Below the pieces are notes generated by a model. It had not been told where the DNA came from. It searched no databases and saw only the letters and a list, made by a program, of their open reading frames with translations. DNA of 37,255 nt, taken from IMG/VR virus record IMGVR_UViG_3300007523_000028, positions 1 to 37,255 of that record. One strand, given 5' to 3'. Position 1 is the first letter of the stretch; every line of letters begins with the position of its first letter. Origin of the DNA: a virus. Taxonomy: Duplodnaviria; Caudoviricetes. The position numbers and the translations under genes were made by a program. Below, in pieces: positions 26,701 to 35,100 of the stretch.

Positions 26701-27551
26701 GTGATAGATCATACGGTGAGATACTATTTCCAACAACCATTATGGATTTAGGGCCAAGAAATATGTTTATTAAAGAAATATGTGTTGACCCGGAATTAGA
26801 TGTAAATTGTTCGGTATCTAAAAGTATTGGAAACACATCGTACCAAGATATAAATGACCTAATGGAATGGGTTATCTCATCAAAAGAGGTTAAGGAACAA
26901 GGTAAACTTAATGTTCAGGATCTTTTTGATAAAAGAGGTGGTGGATCAATGGATGGTGATATTGTGCAACTATTAAATTTCAATTCCCAACTTGGGATAT
27001 ATGGTTATGATGATGAAGACCAAGACAGTCCGTATTTTCCCGTAAATGGTGCCGAATATTTTGACGGTGCGGGACCACTAAGTATGAATTTTGTTTTTTC
27101 CGAGGACGATGAAGATACGGCCATTGTGGAGAAAGATGGAACCTTACTTAGGTTATGTATTAATTCTGCGGGAAATCTAACTGAAACTGCTCAGGACGTT
27201 CCATTTTATAAATGGGATAAAAAGGGTGATGGTTTTGGTGGTGTAGGAATGACCAATACAGAGTCTCAGAATTGGGATAGGAATAGTATACACATGACAA
27301 AGTACCAAGGTGGGTGGGACTATGTTGGATTAATGGAGAACGACCCATATGGAGGGGGTCCATACCCAACAGGAACAACCATTAATCACCACTACTACGA
27401 CGGTTCTATATTACCACCAATACGAGAATGTAGTGACGACAATTATATGGATACAAAAATACCAATCGGAGGGCCATTCTTCTTCTATTTTGGTTTAAGG
27501 ACAGGAAAAACCGCGTGGAATAAATTTATACAAAATTTCGGTCCATTATGA
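23736..27551 (+). CDS. Large putative virion protein with carboxypeptidase-regulatory / prealbumin-like beta domains and a central hydrophobic segment
   Basis: 1271 aa. YGVVAGRISVNDGFGVANARVSIF, TNDSGDFMIWGVPVGQQTIHVD and IDENGNFFFRVP. Hydrophobic stretch FLIIIILNFL...LWEFYLGWPF. Baseplate gene context. Confidence 0.55.
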   Translation: MIQKHRIRTEIGQDQKLTVELKQDYDLLEILSLKFTQQDIYTSLCADYGVVAGRISVNDGFGVANARVSIFIPLSDEDSNDPIISALYPYTTTSETDEDGYRYNLLPSRKQHTGHTPTGTFPDQEDILGREEVLEVYEKYYKYSVKTNDSGDFMIWGVPVGQQTIHVDVDMSDMGCQSLVPYDFIYEGVSDQQFENGYTFMSSNNISGLPQITTFEKTIEIYPFWGNEDLCEIGITRTDFDLKDQGIRIEPYSIMMGGSFTDGGKDSVRVRCNVDNQMGEKCSLITGEGDIEAIRFTGEYDKNVDGTLNYRRPMLEAIQLDSQIDENGNFFFRVPMNMRYVITNEFGETVTTKDRNKGIATRSTYRFRLSLQNDNGQKKQYRGKYLVPQIKEYQLGSSPTYPNPKSYAFSTNIDDYPDEAIDDISGQNNDNRFSNDYFYSFRYNRVYTVSSFINQYHNKSWGETVFPFFVKDRNESFIGIKEIQPSIEEDCANNNEYFPITDAVRNHKFKFLIIIILNFLERIYLVITQFAIDFIVEFLFDISEALWEFYLGWPFKWRPFSGISNRIAQFARSIQITTLRRLSLINYPDCYECTLDPTSGDESGNGGSYTYDYETVSNDPNDLENIIGVSGLTSVNSNITVPHDFDPNSSDPIILTDLTIPITGGSSIKNYIIKYVITATVFGFDSNGGQITITPEDYGYVWIGYGSSYGTASTGSTLTFGGLASKIHNDVYSAQGADTQQTLPTSYSNTALSSAGNITIKDIYFLSELTSTENPPNLSESGCEKYDTIYDADGDMELTALINNPAGTHDYAWHEQNPTIPAGVEYPDIFIDTEDPCNYTPPVNDIVASVSAWSDETIGWQGQRDRRLALLAGWTANNGDQDGTASGHSEFRDGVYSLVAAAGKNRALILNYSRRKLLGKLMCAGVTSYTFSNSWLNGSLYFFQFRRRKGGSNAKFCKDVIYRKEDENGAHYYYRSSPYMNGSFIGQIGDRSYGEILFPTTIMDLGPRNMFIKEICVDPELDVNCSVSKSIGNTSYQDINDLMEWVISSKEVKEQGKLNVQDLFDKRGGGSMDGDIVQLLNFNSQLGIYGYDDEDQDSPYFPVNGAEYFDGAGPLSMNFVFSEDDEDTAIVEKDGTLLRLCINSAGNLTETAQDVPFYKWDKKGDGFGGVGMTNTESQNWDRNSIHMTKYQGGWDYVGLMENDPYGGGPYPTGTTINHHYYDGSILPPIRECSDDNYMDTKIPIGGPFFFYFGLRTGKTAWNKFIQNFGPL

Positions 27552-29305
27552 TAAAAAAGAAAATAGTACACCCAACTAAGAGATATAGTGGTTCTGAAGC
27601 AGAAAACTTAAATATAAAGTTAGGTCTTGAAAGGGACGAACAATTATTACGTGAGGGTGACAGAACTATAATTCTTGACATTGCGGAATTATATAAGAAA
27701 GAAAGAAACGAAAGCACTAAGTATAAAATATATGGTAAGTCTAAAATGATCTTCCGTAATCTTTATAGTGGTCTTACTACGTACAACCCACTTAAAAACA
27801 CCCTATATGATTTGGGAGATGGTTTAGATGGTGATTGGATGGGTTATTTACCTTACGATGAGTTTGCGTTTATAAGGAGAGATACTGTTAGAGAAGTTGC
27901 AACGGCAACAGGAACAACCATTGGAGAATTTAACCAAACAATAACGTTGTCAGGGACAACGGACCATTCAACAATAACTGTGTTGGATTCGTCTACATGG
28001 AATTGGAATTATCATCTGAGTTATGTTTATAGTCATGATGGTGACCACCCAATGAAATACACGTTATCTGGAGGAACCACCTACGACTTTACAGCGTCTG
28101 CGGGTGTACCATTTCGGGTAATAGTTTATGATGCATCATACCAACTAATAAGTCCTATAAAACATAATATGTCTTTGGGTGAGTTTATTATCCTTTCAGG
28201 ATCAACAATGACCTCCCTAACCATGTCGGAAAGGGTTTTTAATATTAGTTCGGTTGGGGATAAAAACTACGAATCTGAATTGTACGTTGTAAACATATCA
28301 AAGTCGGAATTCACCCCAAATCAAATAACCATTATGGATTCTATCGGTGTTGTCTTCGGTCAACGATGTTTAGATAGAACTAATGTAACAGGAACCACGT
28401 CAACATATTATGTGCACAAACACAAAACATTAACTACTGTTGACGAATGCATTATTGATAATGCGGGTTTTGAGACACCTATTTTTGAAATTGAAAGGAA
28501 ATTACAATTTGAAACTGCAGATCAAAGAAATGATGTTTACATTGAAAGGAATAGACCCGAATCGGTATTATACCATTTTAAAAATGCATTAGACATAAAA
28601 GGGTTGAGAAATAATTTTAATTATACACCAACAGAAGTATACCTGACAACCACATTCAGAAATAAGAATGGATATTTTGACTACCCCCCAAGAAACGGTT
28701 GGAAGTTTAACTTTCATAATACTTGGGTGGATAATCACTTTGACACCACATTTTCGGGGTCTGACACAAATTTACCTTTTACCTCAGTTAATAGTAGTGG
28801 TTTTACGTTTAAACAAGGTGATGAGTTACCTGTGGGAACAGAATTAGATGGTGCATTTGTTGAATATAACGAACAAGATTTCAAGGAAACAATATTAAGT
28901 GAGGGTTTCCATAAGATATCGTCGGATGTCCTTAACTTCAATCACGGTCAAACAAGTACCTCAAATTTCGGTGGGGTATCACAAACAAATCCAAGTGGTT
29001 TAATATACCAACCACACTACAGAATTAAACTAAGGGAGTTATCTCCTTATGTGGAGACTGCAAACACCAATAATATTCACAATTTACCTGAAAATGTAAT
29101 GTATGATGAATTAAATAGTGTGTGGAAATGGAGAGATCTATATGATCATGGGTATGTTGATCCTGATAATTTCGGGACCAACCATCCATTTACCAACGGA
29201 CAACACTACGTCAAAAGTGACATAAACTTTTTGTTTAGAAATGAAGAACGATTCCTTAATAAGGGAGTTGGGATTAAAAACTTTACAAGTGATACTGATT
29301 GTTAA
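27548..29305 (+). CDS. Putative virion structural protein
   Basis: 585 aa. ATGA overlap. Beta-rich, T/S/G-rich composition inside the baseplate cluster. Confidence 0.6.
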   Translation: MIKKKIVHPTKRYSGSEAENLNIKLGLERDEQLLREGDRTIILDIAELYKKERNESTKYKIYGKSKMIFRNLYSGLTTYNPLKNTLYDLGDGLDGDWMGYLPYDEFAFIRRDTVREVATATGTTIGEFNQTITLSGTTDHSTITVLDSSTWNWNYHLSYVYSHDGDHPMKYTLSGGTTYDFTASAGVPFRVIVYDASYQLISPIKHNMSLGEFIILSGSTMTSLTMSERVFNISSVGDKNYESELYVVNISKSEFTPNQITIMDSIGVVFGQRCLDRTNVTGTTSTYYVHKHKTLTTVDECIIDNAGFETPIFEIERKLQFETADQRNDVYIERNRPESVLYHFKNALDIKGLRNNFNYTPTEVYLTTTFRNKNGYFDYPPRNGWKFNFHNTWVDNHFDTTFSGSDTNLPFTSVNSSGFTFKQGDELPVGTELDGAFVEYNEQDFKETILSEGFHKISSDVLNFNHGQTSTSNFGGVSQTNPSGLIYQPHYRIKLRELSPYVETANTNNIHNLPENVMYDELNSVWKWRDLYDHGYVDPDNFGTNHPFTNGQHYVKSDINFLFRNEERFLNKGVGIKNFTSDTDC

Positions 29306-30109
29306 ATGAAATTAAGATACGAAAACGGAGATAAGAAATTGGTTATAGGTACTAATCAAAATTTCAGAACTGATGCGGGTTGGGATGAATCATTTCAAAC
29401 GTACGAGAGGGAACTTTTGGAGGACCTAATAAATCCTGTTGAGAATTACGAGACGTGTAGGTATATCCACAAACCATACACATCTAACAATATTCTACAG
29501 AGTGACATATGGTTTTATTTTTATTTTAAACAGAATAACTCATATACCCTTGGGTTAGATTATTTTAGAGTGGGTATTGGGCAAAGTGATCGAAATGTGG
29601 TGGATCTAAAAAATAGTTTCTTCAAATTAGAATTCTATAAGACACCTAACAACGACCCACCTAATAGACAGAATAGAAGATTGGTTTTTTCTAAAAACCT
29701 TAATCCAATGATTGGTGAAGAGGTTACTCTAACATCGGGACAAGAGTTAAAGGTACCTGTGTTCATGGGTTCACCATTTAAAAACAAAGAGAATATGTAT
29801 CTCTTTTGGTTTGAAGATGATAGTGTGCTTGAGGAGACACTTTTAACCGGTGGTACATTTTTTATGACCGCTAAGTTTCATAACGCATACAACGGAGAAA
29901 AAACACAGTTTACAAATAACCCATTGAGTGATATTTCAATACCTGTTGAGGAAGAGGATCTCTATTATATTGTTGAGATGGATAGGAGTAATGCCCCAAC
30001 ATATAATTACATGATATCCGAATATGACCACATAAATCAAAAGACGGGTAATCGAATCGGTACGTCCACATCACCAATTAATTTTTATGAAATGATTGTA
30101 ACAACCTAA
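29306..30109 (+). CDS. Putative virion structural protein
   Basis: 267 aa. Abuts the upstream stop; aromatic, beta-rich sequence. Confidence 0.6.
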   Translation: MKLRYENGDKKLVIGTNQNFRTDAGWDESFQTYERELLEDLINPVENYETCRYIHKPYTSNNILQSDIWFYFYFKQNNSYTLGLDYFRVGIGQSDRNVVDLKNSFFKLEFYKTPNNDPPNRQNRRLVFSKNLNPMIGEEVTLTSGQELKVPVFMGSPFKNKENMYLFWFEDDSVLEETLLTGGTFFMTAKFHNAYNGEKTQFTNNPLSDISIPVEEEDLYYIVEMDRSNAPTYNYMISEYDHINQKTGNRIGTSTSPINFYEMIVTT

Positions 30110-30111
30110 TT

Positions 30112-31224
30112 ATGGAAAATAATCAATACACTTTAAGATTAAAACAAATTCACACGGGGTCGTTAACATCATTAACTGACCAAACGTGGTATGATCCTAA
30201 TGACAATGTTATCCCATGGTCAGGATCTAATGGGGTTTATATTGGACCTGAACTAAACGAAGTTGTTTACAATTCGGGAAGTCTTGCTGAGGGATATTAT
30301 AAATGGGGAGGAACTTCATGGAGTGCAACCACTAAAGATCAGGCGTACGACACATACGATCTTCCGGTTTATTTAGAATCAACCGCTGATGAAATGGGTG
30401 GAATGGTTGGATTTGACGGTGATATTGTACAGACAGAGGTGTTGTGTAATTTCAATTATCAGGTAATAACAGGGAACACCATTAGGTTATATAATACGGT
30501 TGATCGAGATAATTTAAAAATAATAGTAAACGAAACCTTTATTGTTGATTGGGGTGATGGTAACACCGACACAATTAATGTGGGGACAGGTAATAATCTT
30601 GCATTTTTACAACACACATTTAGTGTTGATGGGACATATATTGTTTCAATTTCATTAAATAATTCGTGGACAAATAAAAAAACAACAAAAAATATTACAG
30701 TACCCAAAAACATTTCGGTGAGTAATCCGAATGGAACTTTTGGCCCTTTTACAATTCCTTACAAAACAATCACGACCAATCAAAATTACATTAATGATCT
30801 TGACATAACTGATAATGATTCAGATGCAACATTATATTTTGCGGGGATTGGTAGAAGTAGAATATCAGAATTAAAAAAATATGGTCAAAACACCTATAAC
30901 GGTGTGACAACGGGAACTAACAGTAATGGTTTACCATATTCAGGTTATACAATTGACAACCTTACGTATAAAGATTACGACGATGGTCACACAACAATAA
31001 CAGGTACGACCACCTCATTTGAACAAGAAGAAGTGTTCAATAAAATGTTAACCAGAAACGAACATTTCTTAGGATTTATTGACGAACCGTCTATTTATTC
31101 GGATGTGTTTGTTGAGCGAGGAAAGCAAGGTGTGTTGGAAATGAATCTAAGGTTAGGTGAATTAGACAACGTCGGAGAAATATCTATTTACGGAAATGGG
31201 TTTTTTAATGTAAAAAAACAATAA
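30112..31224 (+). CDS. Putative virion protein with a PKD-like (Ig-like) domain
   Basis: 370 aa. FIVDWGDGNT...LQHTFSVDGTYIVSIS (about 30538-30660) matches the PKD WDFGDG...H.Y...G.Y.V pattern. Confidence 0.7.
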   Translation: MENNQYTLRLKQIHTGSLTSLTDQTWYDPNDNVIPWSGSNGVYIGPELNEVVYNSGSLAEGYYKWGGTSWSATTKDQAYDTYDLPVYLESTADEMGGMVGFDGDIVQTEVLCNFNYQVITGNTIRLYNTVDRDNLKIIVNETFIVDWGDGNTDTINVGTGNNLAFLQHTFSVDGTYIVSISLNNSWTNKKTTKNITVPKNISVSNPNGTFGPFTIPYKTITTNQNYINDLDITDNDSDATLYFAGIGRSRISELKKYGQNTYNGVTTGTNSNGLPYSGYTIDNLTYKDYDDGHTTITGTTTSFEQEEVFNKMLTRNEHFLGFIDEPSIYSDVFVERGKQGVLEMNLRLGELDNVGEISIYGNGFFNVKKQ

Positions 31225-31229
31225 AATTA

Positions 31230-31236
31230 TATTTAT
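31230..31236 (+). promoter_or_regulatory. TATTTAT putative late-promoter motif
   Basis: In the 25-nt intergenic gap, 13 nt before the ATG at 31250. Confidence 0.55.
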
Positions 31237-31249
31237 TAATTAAAAGATT

Positions 31250-32164
31250 ATGGCAGTAGGTAGTTATGGCACAATTAGACCGGCAGATGTATCACCATCC
31301 GATGTGGAAATTTTCTTCCATTATGTATCGGGAAGGACATCTACATCTCCAGTGCAATTCAAAAAATTAAATTCGGAGGATGTCCTAACACCTGTATATC
31401 ATAATTCAGATACAACGGATAGTCCTAATGCACCCGACACGGAGATATTAGGTGGGTTATACAATCTTAAGTTGAGTTCGTCTGATTTTGATGAGTTAGG
31501 TATCTATACATTACACATTAGACCTAAACAAATCAGAACAAGCATTACTGATTGTGGGATCTTAGCATCTTTACCATCAGTAAGAGGAATTATTGTTGAT
31601 TTAAGTAACGTTCCTTCGGGGGACAGAAACAAATTCACACCTCAAGGGTTAACTGGTTATAGAATAGAATATCTAAATGACGATGGAACAAAAATCCCTA
31701 ATTTTTATAGGGTTGTTACGTCTTCATTCTATTGTGTTCCTGTAGTCTCAAATTTAACGAGTACATCACAGAAGGCAATTAGATATCAATATACTGACTC
31801 GATTACAAATCTTTTGTATCTAACAGTAACACCATCGTCAGCACCGACAAACAGACCGAATACGGTTCCGTTTATTGGTGAACCATCACAGAATATTATT
31901 TTCACAAATACGTTCTTCAACCCAACAACAATTGAAGTTGATATGGTTGAACATGATGACACTACGTTGGCTTACGCACTTTACGGTAATCAGTCTAAAT
32001 CAGTTTCTGATGGAATATATTCTATCTATGATAAATCCGATAACATTTACAAACAGTTTAACTTATTCGAAATTAAGGATGAGTTTAACGAAACGTTATA
32101 TGAAATCAGAGAAGAGAGGGACGAAATTGATGACACTAAAAATTTTGACGATATTCAACAATAA
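31250..32164 (+). CDS. Putative virion structural protein
   Basis: 304 aa. Preceded by the motif and coupled by TAATG to the next ORF. Confidence 0.65.
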   Translation: MAVGSYGTIRPADVSPSDVEIFFHYVSGRTSTSPVQFKKLNSEDVLTPVYHNSDTTDSPNAPDTEILGGLYNLKLSSSDFDELGIYTLHIRPKQIRTSITDCGILASLPSVRGIIVDLSNVPSGDRNKFTPQGLTGYRIEYLNDDGTKIPNFYRVVTSSFYCVPVVSNLTSTSQKAIRYQYTDSITNLLYLTVTPSSAPTNRPNTVPFIGEPSQNIIFTNTFFNPTTIEVDMVEHDDTTLAYALYGNQSKSVSDGIYSIYDKSDNIYKQFNLFEIKDEFNETLYEIREERDEIDDTKNFDDIQQ

Positions 32165-35100
32165 TGGCGAAAAGAAAAGTTCCGAGTCAAGCGGCGAGTG
32201 GAAGGGAAACCTTTAATGATAACTTGGTCGGTAATCAAATTACCGATGGTACAAGTCAGCTAACCTCTACAAACTTTTCATTGGATAAAAGTATCCCACA
32301 AAGGGATAGAAAATCATTTCAATCAAAACCATTTTCAGAATATTTGACATTTGAGGATATAAAAGAAGAAGAACCAATTGAAAGTGGTGTTTCAACAATT
32401 ACAACTCAAAGAAGAAAGGATAAGGTAAAGTTTAGGAATTCTAACGAAGAAGGATCTAAATCTTTATTCGGTTCATTAAAGCAAAGGTTACAAGTATCGG
32501 TGTCGAGAATCATTAGTAAGTTCCCTGCGGGGTTTTACATTGATAAAGAAACACCAACAGCGTCAACATTATTTACTGCATTAAATTCTACCTACAATCA
32601 GAAAACAAACGTTACTTCATTTCAGGTTGAAAATAGTAAAATATTTAACCCGTTAGATGTTGTTCTTGTAAAACCAAAAAGTAACACATTACCTGAGACA
32701 ACAAACATTATTAAGAATTTTTATGATTCTTATAAGAGATATGAATTAGATATTAATTCGGTTTCATATCAGGTTATAAGTTATACGGAAGTCAATTTAA
32801 GTGGTTTAGTTAGTTTAACGGTAAAGGGATCTCCATTTGGGACCTCACCAACATATAGTGATAGTTTTTTAATTAGACCTAACAATAGTGTTGTTGAAGA
32901 ATTCTTTGAGGGGTTAGATGATTTAGAGGCGGTATTATTGAATCGTGAATCTAAAATAAAATACACCGCAAAATTCAGAGCACCTCAAGATAGTTTAGAT
33001 GGTTCAAAAACAGAATTAAAAACTAATGAGGTTTCATGGCCATTATATAGAGATAAATGGAATTTAAAAATATCAGGGAGTGCCTACGTAAGTTACGTTG
33101 AAGAGTTAAGTTCACTCGGTGATCGAATCGATGATTATAAATCAAATGTGGTTTCAAGATTTTTAACCACTGCGTCGTTATCTGAATTTGATACTGAGGA
33201 TAGACGAATGGATTCTGCAACTCAGTTACTTGGACATAGTTTTGACCAAGTTAAGAAGTTTATTGATAATATTGCTTACATGAGAAATGTAAGTTATGAT
33301 CGTATTAATAATCTTCCTGATGTACTATTAAAAAACTTATCCAACACACTTGGTTTAGATACTTTAAATTTATTTGACGAAAAGAATCTACAAGATTCAC
33401 TATACACAAGAGTTGATAGTCAGTACGACGGAGTTAGTCTTGGAATGAATATGGTGGAAGCCGAAACGGAGTTCTATAGAAGACTCGTTATCAATCTTTC
33501 ACACATTTACAAATCAAAAGGAACAAGAAAGGCAATTGAATTCTTTTTAAGATTTATTGGTGCACCTGAACCGTTAATTAATATTAACGAATATGTTTAT
33601 CGTTATGACCAAGTAAAGAAGACCACGGCAGACATTGATAGTGACGTTTATGACCTAATTCAGGGGGATAAAACCTTCAAAGTTGCGTTATTAACGGTTA
33701 GTACTGTTGAGGGATTAAAAACCGATGTTACCGCACAAACCTCAGGATTTAGTTACAATAGTGTAACCACAACAGGTTCCACACTTTTTAGTGAAGGTGA
33801 ATACCCCGTAAGTCTTGTGTCGAATAAAGGACAATATGGGGATGCGAAGGGGATTGAAAGTGAAAAACAGGACGTATTCTTCCAAAAAGGAGCTGGTTGG
33901 TACGATATTACGTTAAACCATAGATCATCAACAGAGTTAGACGATGAGAACTCAAATCTATTTTCAAACCCTAAGGTTATAAAGACCAAAAATAAAGATT
34001 TTACATATGGTGAAGATTATTTTGACCTATATAAACAGTTTTCGGGGTTAGATTATGGTTATGAACTACATAATGCGGTTGATAATAATAAAACAGAACT
34101 TTTAGAGGATGAAGATTCAAAAATCTTTAACAGGAAGAACATTCAAATCTACCTTTCATCATCTCAAGGTGTTGATAATGACATATACAGACAAAGTAGA
34201 GAATTAAAGGTATCCTTCGGTCGTGCGACGTTAGAACCACAGACGGGATTCACGTTTGCTGAGTACACAGAACACGTTTTAAACGAACAAATACGTAATA
34301 CACATATAATTCGATACAAAAACAATTATATACAGTTAGAGGACATATATGAGGGTTATCTTTTAAAGGTACCGAACCCATATAGTCTACCAACTGTGAG
34401 TGAATTTATAAACCGTATGAGTCCTTATTGGACACAAGTGGTTGAACAATTTATTCCTGCAACGACACTATGGACCGGTGGTAATATCATTGAAAATAGT
34501 AGAATAGGAAGATCTAAATTTGAATATGAAAAACCATGTTTACCAAATGAATTTACTCAAAATTTATTTCCTGAATTTGAAAATGTCATTGAGGAGGATT
34601 TAGAAACAATTTTAGGTGACCCGGATTTATTCAGAGGACTTACGGTTGTTAGTGGTGTAACTTACACACTTCATATTGACTTCAATGGTTTAACATTTAC
34701 TGGTGATACTGACGTTACTATTAGTGGTGAAACACTTACGGTTACGGGTACCACATGTGATGAAATCGTGGTTAATCATGATCATGCGGGGTTATATGAT
34801 CCCTATGAAATAACATCAACGTGTACCGATATTGAAAATGTCTTTTTTGATAATGAAGGATGTGCACAAACGGTTGAATTTATAGAATTTTCAGGGATAA
34901 CAACACTAAGTCAAGAATCCATAACAAGTGGAGGTACCCAATTTGATAAAACGGTACACTTACCATTGTTATGTGATTTTAAATGTTATTTAAAACCACA
35001 ATTAGAAATATTAGAATGTCTTTGGATTGATGAAATAAAGGACATTATTGATAACCAAGTCAATAAAACATACTATAAGAAAACAAAATACACTGGTCAT

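Noticed and set aside
31875-32216. 113-aa + strand ORF spanning the 304-aa gene end and the giant ORF start
   Set aside because: It overlaps two better-supported genes that are already coupled by TAATG, and it has no leader or motif.
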